From NCBI GenBank assembly GCA_963792535.1, contig CAWBWQ010000001.1, positions 64,001 to 128,000 on the forward strand: a stretch of DNA of 64,000 nucleotides. Direction: 5' to 3'. The stretch's first letter is position 1, and every line of letters begins with the position of its first letter. The position numbers and the translations under genes were made by a program. Below are positions 12,795 to 22,465 of this stretch, in pieces. The stretch is from an uncultured Phycisphaerales bacterium. Lineage in GTDB: Bacteria > Planctomycetota > Phycisphaerae > Tepidisphaerales > Tepidisphaeraceae. Under the pieces are notes generated by a model that did not search any database, had not been told where the DNA came from, and saw nothing but the letters and a program-made list of their open reading frames with translations.

Positions 12795-12899
12795 AACATC
12801 GAACATTCAACGTCGAACATCGAACATCGAAGTAAAGAAAGAAATCGCGATCGCCTTTCGTTCAATGTTGGATGTTGGACGTTCGATGTTCGATGTTCG
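12795..12899. repeat. heptamer-built palindromic element (same family as 10441)
   Basis: acatcga/acattca/acgtcga/acatcga/acatcga ... ttcaatgt/tggatgt/tggacgt/tcgatgt/tcgatgt. Confidence 0.85.
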
Positions 12900-12911
12900 C
12901 ATTTGATCTCT

Positions 12912-13910
12912 TCATTTCATCGACGCTGCGCGAGTCGCCAGGAACGCGCTTAACGACACATCAAGCGATTCCCCTGTATTCATCCGGGTGAAATCAATTC
13001 GCATTTCCCGGCACATTTTCTGCAATTGGTCTGTGAAAGTTCGCAGTTGCTCGAGATACGCCTCGCGCAGCGACCTGGGCTCGGTGAGCAGTTGCCCGGC
13101 TTCTTCCAGACCCTTGAAAAGTGTCACATCGTCGAAAGGGAATTCAATCTCGGTGGGGTCGAGGATCTGGAAAACCATCATCTCGTGCTTCTTGTAGCGC
13201 AAATGACGCAAGCCTTTTTTAAGGCTTTCCAGGTCATCAAAAAAATCGGAAAGAATGACGATGAGGCTCCGATGCGTGAGCTTCTCCGCCAGCTGATCCA
13301 AAATCTTCCCCGTATTGGTCTTGTTCCAACGAGGAACCTGCTGCAGTTCCTGGGTGATGATTTTCCATTGCCCCGGTGAATTGCTCGGCTTGAAATACCG
13401 GCTAAGCGCCTGATCGAAAATCGCCAGCCCGACCGAGTCCTGCTGCTGAATGGTCAGGTAAGACAACCCCGCGGCGATGGCAGTTGCATGATCGTACTTG
13501 GTCCAGCGGGGAACCGAGGATTGAGAATCGAGGATGGAGGATCGCGCGCTGGCTTTGTTATCTTCAAGCTGCGATCCATCCTCATCATTCGCCATTACGG
13601 TGCCGTATCCCATGGATTCGCTGGCGTCGACCACGCAGATCAGATGCAGGTTGGTTTCTTCCAGATATTGCTTGAGATAAACCTTGTCGGTCTTGGCAAG
13701 CACTTTCCAATCCACATGCCGAATGTCATCACCTTGCACATATTGGCGATGCTGAGCGAATTCAACGCTGATGCCCTGGTACGGCGATCGGTGCATGCCG
13801 CTGGTAAGTCCTTCGACGATCAAACGGGCGCGCAGATCCAGCGAAGCGATCCTCGCCAGGGTGCGCGGGTTGAGGTATTTGCGGTAATCGGTGGTGGGGG
13901 TGTCGGTCAT
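12912..13910 (-). CDS. DUF58 domain (MoxR-associated vWA-like) protein
   Basis: GMHRSPYQGISVEFAQHRQYVQGDDIRHVDWK, DASESM, ILSDFF. Confidence 0.92.
   Translation of the reverse strand: MTDTPTTDYRKYLNPRTLARIASLDLRARLIVEGLTSGMHRSPYQGISVEFAQHRQYVQGDDIRHVDWKVLAKTDKVYLKQYLEETNLHLICVVDASESMGYGTVMANDEDGSQLEDNKASARSSILDSQSSVPRWTKYDHATAIAAGLSYLTIQQQDSVGLAIFDQALSRYFKPSNSPGQWKIITQELQQVPRWNKTNTGKILDQLAEKLTHRSLIVILSDFFDDLESLKKGLRHLRYKKHEMMVFQILDPTEIEFPFDDVTLFKGLEEAGQLLTEPRSLREAYLEQLRTFTDQLQKMCREMRIDFTRMNTGESLDVSLSAFLATRAASMK
13516..13583. repeat. heptamer repeat/partial palindrome lying in frame inside DUF58
   Basis: gaggatt/gagaatc/gaggatg/gaggatc-gc ... gcgatccatcctc. Confidence 0.7.
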
Positions 13911-13926
13911 CGCTCAGACGCTCGTT

Positions 13927-14301
13927 TTACTTTCGCCTGGCAATCAGGTCCCAGAGGATAATCCCAGTGCACCCAACTATGTTCGATAGCAACAGGAAGA
14001 TCCCTACCGTGATGCCAATCCTTTTCTTAGTCCACTGCGGTGGTGCTTGTTGGCTTACCAGGGCACGGCGCACCTGAAGGTCGTTCCAACAGAGAAACAG
14101 CCCGGCGATCAATCCCATTACAACTCCAGCTCCAGCCGCGAGTGGAATACTGATACCCTGGTCCTGGGCCTTTTGGTCCCACGCTAATGTCCCGACCGCA
14201 ATTGCACCTACCAGCGGGGACAAGAGCAATTGCAACCACATCCGCATCTTTGAAAAATACGGATCGCTTTTTCTGACGGCGTAACGCAAGAATTTTCGCA
14301 T
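13927..14301 (-). CDS. small 3-TM hypothetical membrane protein
   Basis: MRKFLRY... with three hydrophobic segments; lies between moxR and DUF58. Confidence 0.6.
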   Translation of the reverse strand: MRKFLRYAVRKSDPYFSKMRMWLQLLLSPLVGAIAVGTLAWDQKAQDQGISIPLAAGAGVVMGLIAGLFLCWNDLQVRRALVSQQAPPQWTKKRIGITVGIFLLLSNIVGCTGIILWDLIARRK

Positions 14302-14317
14302 AGTGCTTCTAGAAAAT

Positions 14318-15410
14318 TCACGCCGCCGGTGTATCGCGCAGCAACTTTGCGGATGTTCGATCCATCTCGCCGGTTGATTGCTGCGGGACAAATTCAATCA
14401 GCTTTTTCACGATGGTATCGCTGCGCACGCCTTCGGCCTCGGCGTTGAAATTTGTCACGATGCGATGCCGAAGCACGGGCAGCGCAACCTGGCGAATGTC
14501 TTCGGTGCTCACATGATATCGGCCCTTCAGCAGCGCCCGCGCCTTGCCAGCGAGGATGAGGTACTGGCTGGCTCTTGGGCCTGCGCCCCATCCCACATAG
14601 TCATTCACAAAAGCCGGGCAACCGCCTTCGGTTTTTCGGGTCAAGCGGGTGAACTGCAGGGCATAGCGAATCACGTGATCGGCCACCGGAACCTTGCGGA
14701 CGATCTCCTGCAATGCGATGACCTCTTCGCCGCTGAGAACATGCTTCAGATCGATTTTCTGTCCCTGCGTGGTCATGCGCACGATCTGGAATTCTTCTTC
14801 CTCGCTGGGGTATCCGACATTGATATTGAACATGAATCGATCCAGCTGCGCTTTCGGGCAGTGGATAAGTGCCTTCCTGTTCAATCGGATTCTGCGTGGC
14901 AAGCACAAAAAACGGTTGCGGCAACCGGTGCTGCTTGCCTCCGGCGGTCACCTGGTGTTCCTGCATTGCTTCAAGCAAAGCGGCCTGGGTTTTGGGCGGC
15001 GTTCGATTGATCTCATCAGCCAGGATCACATTGGCAAAGACCGGCCCGCGAACGAACCGAATGCTGCGCCCGCCGGTGGTCTTATCCTCCTCAATCACCT
15101 CCGTGCCAGTGATATCCGAGGGCATGAGATCCGGCGTGAACTGAATGCGATTGAAGCTCAGCCCCAGAGTCCTGGCCAGGGTTGAGATCAGCAATGTTTT
15201 CGCCAGCCCCGGAACACCCACAAGCAGCGCGTGGCCCCGGCAGAATAGCGCAATCAGCAGTTCTTCGATAACCGCTTCCTGACCGACGATGACTTTACCG
15301 AGTTCTTCCCTCAGATCCTGATAGCCGCGCTGCAGTTTCTCGACCGCGGCCAATTCTTCGGCGGCCAGATCGGTCGACTGCGGTTGCACAATCCCAAGCT
15401 GTGATTCCAT
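14318..15410 (-). CDS. moxR: MoxR family AAA+ ATPase (apparent frameshift ~14852)
   Basis: [71 protein letters not shown]. Confidence 0.93.
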
Positions 15411-15661
15411 GAGTGATCCTGAATTCCGACAGACGCCGGTGGGTTTTACAGAGCGGCAATGCCGGACGCCCGGCGCGGCGCTGCATTCTAGACGAGATTC
15501 CCCCGTACGAATAGATGCAGAACGAACCCGAAAGTTTCAGACCAATCATCACCGGGCCCGAGGCCGATCAATCCGCGGCAATCAGTTGGATTTCATCCGG
15601 CAACAAATAGACTTTTTCATCCGCCTCAGCATCGGCGGTGTGATTCGCTAAAAGAAGAATG

Positions 15662-16630
15662 CTATCTGCTGCGGATCAGGTCCGCGTCGTGGATATTCAG
15701 TTCCACTCGCTTGGCCTGGATGTCGCTGAGGAAACGCAGACCATCATTGTAATAGCCCGCGGTGGGCAGCAGGTCGGGCAAATGCGCTTGCCAGAATGAA
15801 TTGAAACGTCGCATAAGCGTTTCACGCAGATACTTGCTCAGCATCGAAGCCAGCGCGACCGACATACATTGCGCCTCGGCTTTTTCGCAAAAGACGATGC
15901 GCACGACGGCGGTGTCGTGCCGCAGGCGATATTCGCTGAAACCATCCGACTCTTCCATGACCTCCAGCGACCATTCTTCGAACATAAGCCGGAGTAGAGG
16001 CCCATAACTGGAACGCCCGCCGTGCCGGTCGCAGAAGATCACCAGACCGCGATGCCCAAAATTCCGCAGCAGATAATCCAGGTGTATCGCCGCTGTGGAA
16101 AATAACAGGCTGCCCTTGTTCCGGGTTGCTTCAATGGTTCGATTATATTGTCGCTCGGGAATGACCTGCGCGTTGAAATGAACACACCGCGTGGAAGTTC
16201 GGTTCATTTCAGCTTTGAGTCCATTGGCGAGCACGCGCACCGACGCGGTGTCCTGTTCGAACGGGAATGCTTCGGAGGGGTCGGTGTCATACCAGCCATG
16301 CTCGGCGAGATGTGTGATTGCCTGCGTAGCGGTGATGTTCAGAAAGTCGTCTAGATTGTCGGGCCATCGGCCCATGGCTGTGGTGAACGCGAGCACTGAT
16401 TTTTCTAATTCTCTCAAACCCAGCGACGGCGAATAGACTAATTTGCTGTCATTCACATGCAGTTTTCTGCCCGATTTTGATCTGGATTTGCTGACCGATT
16501 TTTTTAACCTTCCCCACACGCACGGCAGCGGATCTGAAGGGTCGGCGTCCATCTCAATCGCGCAGCAGCCCACCACCAGTGGGCCCAGCAAAGGGCCATA
16601 ACCCGCTTCATCTATGCCGGCGAGGATCAT
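15662..16630 (-). CDS. RNase HII-like protein, long divergent form
   Basis: MILAGIDEAGYGPLLGPLVVG, VNDSKLVY, CDRHGGR, EKAE..VALASMLSKYLRE. Confidence 0.8.
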   Translation of the reverse strand: MILAGIDEAGYGPLLGPLVVGCCAIEMDADPSDPLPCVWGRLKKSVSKSRSKSGRKLHVNDSKLVYSPSLGLRELEKSVLAFTTAMGRWPDNLDDFLNITATQAITHLAEHGWYDTDPSEAFPFEQDTASVRVLANGLKAEMNRTSTRCVHFNAQVIPERQYNRTIEATRNKGSLLFSTAAIHLDYLLRNFGHRGLVIFCDRHGGRSSYGPLLRLMFEEWSLEVMEESDGFSEYRLRHDTAVVRIVFCEKAEAQCMSVALASMLSKYLRETLMRRFNSFWQAHLPDLLPTAGYYNDGLRFLSDIQAKRVELNIHDADLIRSR

Positions 16631-16731
16631 TGTGGAAAATATACCCGCACGGTGGCCCCAGACGAATGATTTGCAACGCCCCGCGCCGTGACGATAATGC
16701 CGACTGAAAAAAAAGAAGAGAAGGGGTCCGC

Positions 16732-17691
16732 ATGGCTGAGGCAAACTGGTTCTGGGCTGAAGGCGATAAACAACATGGACCTGTTCTGCCCTCTGCGATC
16801 GCCCGGCTGGTAGCCGATGGAAAATTAGGAGCCAGCGACCTGATCTGGAAAGAGGGGATGACGGATTGGATCCCCGTCCAGAAGGTTCCGGGGCTGGTCA
16901 AATATCTGAAAAGTTCCGCGCCGCCGGCTGCTGCAGCGCCGACGCAAACAAACGTCGCTGAAACGAAAACCAACGCCCTTGCCGCGGCAATGTCCGAGCC
17001 GGAGGCGGAACCGGCGCCGGAGTCACCGGCAGTTATTGCCTATCAAACCGCGGCAGTGGATCGATCCGCGACCCATGAATTTGTCTCTGATCCCAATGCG
17101 ACGGTGATCTGCCCTCATTGCTCTGCGGGAAACGTGGGTGATTCGCAGTTTTGCCATTCGTGCGGCATGGCGTTGCCCGTTGCCAATTCCGGCCCTCGCA
17201 TCATCAGCGACGGCACCTTTGCCTCCACATCGGTCGGTCAACATCTTCAGTCTGATCAATTGCACAAAAGCTCACAGAAAGCGTCTACCGCTCTGCTCTG
17301 GGTCGCAATTATTCAGACGGGTGTCGTCGGTTTCATTGTATGGGTCGCCCAAATGCACAATCGCATATCGTTTCTGATTCGAAGTCCCGTTGTACTGGGG
17401 ATAATTGCCTTTGCGGGCATTTTCTGGGGATTATATATCTGGTCCCGCAGGCAGCCGCTGCCGGCGGCCATTGTCGGATTGGTTCTATATTGCACCATGC
17501 TGGTGCTTAATATCGTCAATGCCCTCTCGCAGATAGGCAACAATACAACCCCGCCAGGGTACCACGGCGGCCTGGCTAACACCGGTGTCGGCTGGATCGA
17601 CATTATTATCGTCGCCGTGCTGGCACAAGCCATTTCAGCGGGGCTCAAACATCGCAAGATGCACGGCAACGTCGTTCAACCCGCGGCATAA
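16732..17691 (+). CDS. GYF_2 (DUF4339) + zinc-ribbon membrane protein
   Basis: QHGPV...LIWKEGMTDW; CPHC...FCHSCG; 4 C-terminal TMs. Confidence 0.8.
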   Translation: MAEANWFWAEGDKQHGPVLPSAIARLVADGKLGASDLIWKEGMTDWIPVQKVPGLVKYLKSSAPPAAAAPTQTNVAETKTNALAAAMSEPEAEPAPESPAVIAYQTAAVDRSATHEFVSDPNATVICPHCSAGNVGDSQFCHSCGMALPVANSGPRIISDGTFASTSVGQHLQSDQLHKSSQKASTALLWVAIIQTGVVGFIVWVAQMHNRISFLIRSPVVLGIIAFAGIFWGLYIWSRRQPLPAAIVGLVLYCTMLVLNIVNALSQIGNNTTPPGYHGGLANTGVGWIDIIIVAVLAQAISAGLKHRKMHGNVVQPAA

Positions 17692-17720
17692 GGCGACTGA
17701 TTATTTAATAGATCAAGCAC

Positions 17721-18569
17721 ATGAGTGCACACGAATCAATACCGCAACCGACAGCACGCCCGCTGGGACCCGCCGTCCTGCCGGCAATGTCTCCGCTTCC
17801 GGTCGTGGCGATTCCGCCCGGCAGCAAGCCCCGTTTTTGTCGAAGCTGCGGCACTGCCTGGCAAGCCGATTGGGTCGACTGCCTTCCCTGCGCCGCGCGT
17901 TCAGGCGCGGCTGCCCCCGCACTCAGTGTGGCTATAGAACTGCGTGCGATGAAGTCCGCCCTGTGGCTTTACTTCAGCCTGCTGCTGGTGTGCGCCGTCG
18001 GATTAGGACTCTCGATAAAACTGGGCGGCGTTGTGCTGGAGATGTGGGTCACCGCCGCGCTTTCGATTACGACAATCGCCTGGTGCTGTGGCTCTCCGCA
18101 AAGTGTGCTGCCGCTGTTGCGAAGGGTCGCCCCGCCGAAATGGTTTGGCATTGCCCTTGGGCTTTCGCTTGTGACGTACTCCATCGCGGTGGGCGTCATT
18201 CATGGGCTCAATTCGCTGATGCATTTGCCTGACGAGAGTGCATCCAGGCCGTTCTTGGTGGCAGGTTATTCCTGGGCCGTGATCGTCCTGGTCAGCTGCA
18301 TTCAGCCGGCAGTGATTGAAGAACTCGCCTTCCGCGGGGTGATCTTCGCCGGGCTCACCAAGGCCCTCAGTTCTTCGGAAACCATTCTCGTCAGCGCGAT
18401 GATGTTTATGATTCTGCATCTTTCTCCGATGCGTTTTCCGCACACGCTGGCGCTGGGCATCGGGGCGGGCTATTTGCGTTTTCGAACCAGGTCAATCTAT
18501 CCGTGCATGCTGATGCATTTCTCTCATAACCTTTTGTGCGTTGGCGGCGAGTGGTTGAAACACTCTTAA
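17721..18569 (+). CDS. CPBP (CAAX/Abi) family intramembrane metalloprotease with N-terminal zinc ribbon
   Basis: EELAFRG, FMILH, HFSHN motifs; CRSCG...CLPC. Confidence 0.88.
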   Translation: MSAHESIPQPTARPLGPAVLPAMSPLPVVAIPPGSKPRFCRSCGTAWQADWVDCLPCAARSGAAAPALSVAIELRAMKSALWLYFSLLLVCAVGLGLSIKLGGVVLEMWVTAALSITTIAWCCGSPQSVLPLLRRVAPPKWFGIALGLSLVTYSIAVGVIHGLNSLMHLPDESASRPFLVAGYSWAVIVLVSCIQPAVIEELAFRGVIFAGLTKALSSSETILVSAMMFMILHLSPMRFPHTLALGIGAGYLRFRTRSIYPCMLMHFSHNLLCVGGEWLKHS

Positions 18570-18588
18570 AACAGGATCGGGGAAAAAC

Positions 18589-19167
18589 GTGCTGATTGAG
18601 CATTCATTTGTGACAACGCTTCCATCGCAGCAGGCGCTTGGGGCGGCATCGGAGATGCTGGCGCGAGGCGGTTTCATCGCCGAGAACCAGGAGGGGTTTC
18701 GCGTGGGAGAAACCGAGTGGACGACCCTGCAGATGAAACGCGGCAAAAAGCGCGCGGCCCGCGCCAAAGATCCATCGGAGTGCCCGCAGCGCATTCGCAT
18801 GGAATGGGACCGTGGCCGCGTGACGGTCGCGGCCGCTATCGAACCTAAATCCCGGCGCGGCGGTTATTACTACGGGGGTGGACTCATCGGCGTGGCGGTC
18901 GTCGCAGCGACGCGGTCCCGGCGGGGAGCAGGCAAGGACGCGAAAGACTATGCCGACCTGATGATCCTCATCACCACCAGCCTGGAAGATCTTCTGGCCC
19001 GCGGCGCATTGCCCGAGGTTGCTCAGCAGCCGTGGTATGCCTTCCAGGATGTACTCAAAGCCAAAGCCAAAAAAGCCCGCATGAAGCTTTTAATACTGTT
19101 CGGAGTGTTATTCGCGATCATCATCTGCTTTGCGGTATTCGCCGGCGTTACGTCGACAAACCGCTGA
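18589..19167 (+). CDS. hypothetical membrane-anchored protein
   Basis: Closely follows the previous gene; C-terminal TM. Confidence 0.65.
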   Translation: MLIEHSFVTTLPSQQALGAASEMLARGGFIAENQEGFRVGETEWTTLQMKRGKKRAARAKDPSECPQRIRMEWDRGRVTVAAAIEPKSRRGGYYYGGGLIGVAVVAATRSRRGAGKDAKDYADLMILITTSLEDLLARGALPEVAQQPWYAFQDVLKAKAKKARMKLLILFGVLFAIIICFAVFAGVTSTNR

Positions 19168-19181
19168 GCGGGCGGCCGTTT

Positions 19182-19859
19182 TTATTCCACCGGCAGGGTT
19201 GCAGGTTCAAACCCACGCGGATTTCTGCGGCTCTGTATCGCATGAACCGCAATCGGCAACACGGAGATTGCCACGATCGCAATCACCACCACCTCAAAAT
19301 GTTTGGCGACGAAAGGAATGCCGCCAAAGAAATAACCGCACAGGCTTACCGAGGTCACCCAGAAAATTCCCCCGAAGATGCTGAAACCGATAAATCGCGA
19401 GAACGCCATTTTGCCAATGCCCGCCACAAACGGAGCGAATGTGCGGATGATCGGCACGAAGCGCGCGATGATAATTGTTTTGCGCCCGTGGCGTTCATAA
19501 AACGCCTGTGCTTCTTCGAGGTGTTTCCTGCTGAATAAGATCGACCGTTCACCACTGAACACCTTCGGGCCCACCGATCGACCCAGAAAGTAGTTGGTGA
19601 TGTCACCGCAATTGGCGGCCAGGCAAAGCAGCACGATTACCAGAGGCAGGTTGATCGGTGAACCCGCTGTGGCCGCCAACGCCCCCACGGCAAATAAGAG
19701 CGAATCGCCGGGTAAAAACGGGGTGACGACCAGCCCCGTCTCCATGAATACGATTCCCACCAGGGCTGCATAAACCCCCACGGGATGGTCGCCGGCAAAA
19801 GTGTTGAGGTACCTGGGCAAGTGCAGAAAAAGATCAATAATCGTGTGGATCGTCGGCAT
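19182..19859 (-). CDS. dedA: DedA family protein
   Basis: FMETGLVVTPFLPGDSLLF, ARFVPIIRTFAPFVAG. Confidence 0.93.
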   Translation of the reverse strand: MPTIHTIIDLFLHLPRYLNTFAGDHPVGVYAALVGIVFMETGLVVTPFLPGDSLLFAVGALAATAGSPINLPLVIVLLCLAANCGDITNYFLGRSVGPKVFSGERSILFSRKHLEEAQAFYERHGRKTIIIARFVPIIRTFAPFVAGIGKMAFSRFIGFSIFGGIFWVTSVSLCGYFFGGIPFVAKHFEVVVIAIVAISVLPIAVHAIQSRRNPRGFEPATLPVE

Positions 19860-20021
19860 AAAGTGCAGACCGTATAACCGAAGGGGATGGGAAATGCGAA
19901 CGGATTTGAGAGGCAACGTTCTGTTTTCTGAGACGGCAGCGTATCTGACACACGAAGGAAATTTTTAGCAGAATTAGGGACTCACGGGCATTTCTTAATC
20001 GCAGACCACCGACAGTGAGCG

Positions 20022-22253
20022 TCACATTATTGCCGCTGTGGATTTCTTCGCAGGTATCGGCACGACAACCACCACGTTGCTGAAACCCGACACGTTTGAA
20101 CTCGAGACGGCAGCCACGCGGTAGTAATACTTCATGGTCTGCATCACTGAATCATCGAAGCTGGTTGTCTGCGCGCTGGTGTAAGCCAGGGGAGCCCAGG
20201 TTGAGTCGTTGGTGGATCGATCCACGCGGAACTCATCGTTCATTGTGGAATTGCTTTTCCAAGTGAGGTGGATATCGGTGGATGAAATGATCGAGAATCC
20301 AGCCGAACTTGGAGCGGAGAAGAATTTGGGGGACGTTTTCAGATATGAACTGCGCAGGCCAAAGGCAACCAGGCTGCCTGTGGTTGTAATGTCGTAAACC
20401 ATGCCGTTGGCAACGGTGGGGACGCCGAACTTGGTCGCATTGGTAAAGCGATCACCCGAGACGGCGGCCGAATCGTAAATCGGAGTCGCCAGGTTGCTGG
20501 TGTTGAACGCCAGCAGATCAGAAGAGCCGAATCGGGACGCCCAGACAATAGAATTGCTGCCGCCGCTGGAGGAGATGGTGAAAGTAGAGCCTGGGTAGCT
20601 GAACACGGCGCCCGTTTGCACTGGGGTGGGCATATAGCCTGTGCCGGGCGGAATCGTCTTTGAGGCAAAGCTGGAAAGATCAAACACCAGCGAGTTCGAT
20701 CCGTTCTGGCTGATATAAATCTTCTTGCCGAAGTAAGAAGGGGTGGAATAAATGCCCTTGTCGCCGTTGTCTATCGGGTCGCCGGCATATTCGCCTAACA
20801 CGCGATCATACAGCCTTGGATCAGCCGTCTGGGTTTGGGGATAGGCATCGTTGAATTTACCGAGATTGTTTCGGTCGATCAGATAAATTCGAGACTCTTT
20901 GCCTGCCACCACCAGCATGGGATTACCAGCTGCGTCGTGGATGGAATTGGGCAGCAACAGAACGCCGCCGGAACCCAGATCCAGATCATTCTGATTTAAG
21001 GCAAGTTCATTGGATGGTGTGAAATAGTCGGCGACTTTCAGTCCCCATCCATTGCCGTTTTGATCCGACGGACTGGAAAGAGTGTCGACCGAGATTTTCA
21101 CAAGCGTGTCGCCGTAGTCATGGTCTTTGGGAAAACCACTCGCGTCGAAGTTCGACACTGAAGCGTCGAACGCGCCGTTACCGGTGGTGACATATAGGTT
21201 TGTTCCATCGGTGGCGATCGCGCTGGCCGCCGACCAGATACCTCCCTGCGCGGTAAAGGTGTTGTCATCACCGACGATTCCCTCGTAAGTAGGCGTGGTG
21301 ACAAAAACCGCGGTCGGGGCGAGGTTGGATTCGCTGTATCCCAGGATCCAGCCGTAGTAAGGACCATTGTCCCCGTGTGAGGCAAAGCCGAGGTAGATAT
21401 TGCCGTTCAAGAGGGTGATTGAAGTTCGCTGCATCTGCAAAATCGCATTGAAGGCAATCACCGCGCCCTTCGCCTGGCCGGGCGCGCTGAGCCACCCGTC
21501 CGTGTTAGGATATGTGGTGGGATGCGCGTTGTTTCCGGTTCCATTGACGATCGCGCCGGCGACATATTCATAGCCGGTGTAATTCGAATAGGGTTTGGTG
21601 TCGATTGTATCGCCGATGACGGTTGGCGCGGAAATTTCGCTGCCGTCGGCCAGAGAGATACCCCATAATCGCTGCACGATGTGGGTCACACCGTTGCGAA
21701 TTTCCTGTGTGTTGGCGTTTAGAAAAAGCTCATTGCGTTTGAGGTCGATCGCCGGTGTTGCAAGGATGCCGAACTCGGGCCCGAAACTGCCATCATTGAT
21801 GGCTGCCATAGGGACGGTCGTGACACCTGTGGTCGAACCCGCGCTGGTTGGATCCGAAATATTCAGAAAGCTGTCCTTCCACAGGACTGCGCCGGTGTTG
21901 GCGTCGATCGCGTACACGCTATCGTGCATGGTCCCGACGTAGACAACGCTATGACGACCTGTCGCGCTGCCGCGGGTGATGGTCTGGCTTTGCACGTAAA
22001 GCGGCTGCGTATAAATCGGGGCATCGAGTTTCGCAGTAAACTGTTTGCCAAAATCCGTGGGATTGACGTTCGCGGGAGTCAGCACCGTCTCGGCGAGGTT
22101 TTCGCCGTCGTTGGACGTATCGCCGTGATGCACCAGCACATTAACCGAGCAAAGCCGTCGGTTCTCCAGGCCTTCAACACAGGCGCGGGTGTGATGGATC
22201 GTGATATTACGGAATCGGATCCGCTCAGCACGACTGCGTCCGTAAATCGACAT
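20022..22253 (-). CDS. secreted PQQ-like beta-propeller protein with LEPR-XLL-type N-terminus and C-terminal FN3 domain
   Basis: VEGLENRRLCS; YAIDANTGAVLW; DLDLGSGG; KFGVPTVANGMVY; FN3-type LTW...YYYRVAA. Confidence 0.8.
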   Translation of the reverse strand: MSIYGRSRAERIRFRNITIHHTRACVEGLENRRLCSVNVLVHHGDTSNDGENLAETVLTPANVNPTDFGKQFTAKLDAPIYTQPLYVQSQTITRGSATGRHSVVYVGTMHDSVYAIDANTGAVLWKDSFLNISDPTSAGSTTGVTTVPMAAINDGSFGPEFGILATPAIDLKRNELFLNANTQEIRNGVTHIVQRLWGISLADGSEISAPTVIGDTIDTKPYSNYTGYEYVAGAIVNGTGNNAHPTTYPNTDGWLSAPGQAKGAVIAFNAILQMQRTSITLLNGNIYLGFASHGDNGPYYGWILGYSESNLAPTAVFVTTPTYEGIVGDDNTFTAQGGIWSAASAIATDGTNLYVTTGNGAFDASVSNFDASGFPKDHDYGDTLVKISVDTLSSPSDQNGNGWGLKVADYFTPSNELALNQNDLDLGSGGVLLLPNSIHDAAGNPMLVVAGKESRIYLIDRNNLGKFNDAYPQTQTADPRLYDRVLGEYAGDPIDNGDKGIYSTPSYFGKKIYISQNGSNSLVFDLSSFASKTIPPGTGYMPTPVQTGAVFSYPGSTFTISSSGGSNSIVWASRFGSSDLLAFNTSNLATPIYDSAAVSGDRFTNATKFGVPTVANGMVYDITTTGSLVAFGLRSSYLKTSPKFFSAPSSAGFSIISSTDIHLTWKSNSTMNDEFRVDRSTNDSTWAPLAYTSAQTTSFDDSVMQTMKYYYRVAAVSSSNVSGFSNVVVVVPIPAKKSTAAIM

Positions 22254-22465
22254 GAATTACCCCTGAGTCAAAAGCGAGATGGGTCAAAATACTCTAAGTA
22301 CTGTACCCGATGATCGAAGTCCGGGCCATTTAAATCGTATGAATGCTCGCCGGCAGTTGAGTTGAACGGCTATGCCATTTCCGATCAGGGAAATCGGAAA
22401 ATATCGGCGCGCCCACCAGAAATTAGCCGTGGGCGTCCTCGCGTGTGGGTACTAGCATTTATGTT

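Noticed and set aside
10441..12899. CRISPR array
   Set aside because: Units are 7 nt, tandem and inverted, with no unique spacers and no cas genes.
19704..19717. aaaaacggggtgac as another att copy
   Set aside because: It lies in the conserved DedA motif VVTPFLPG and has no arm; best explained as coincidence.
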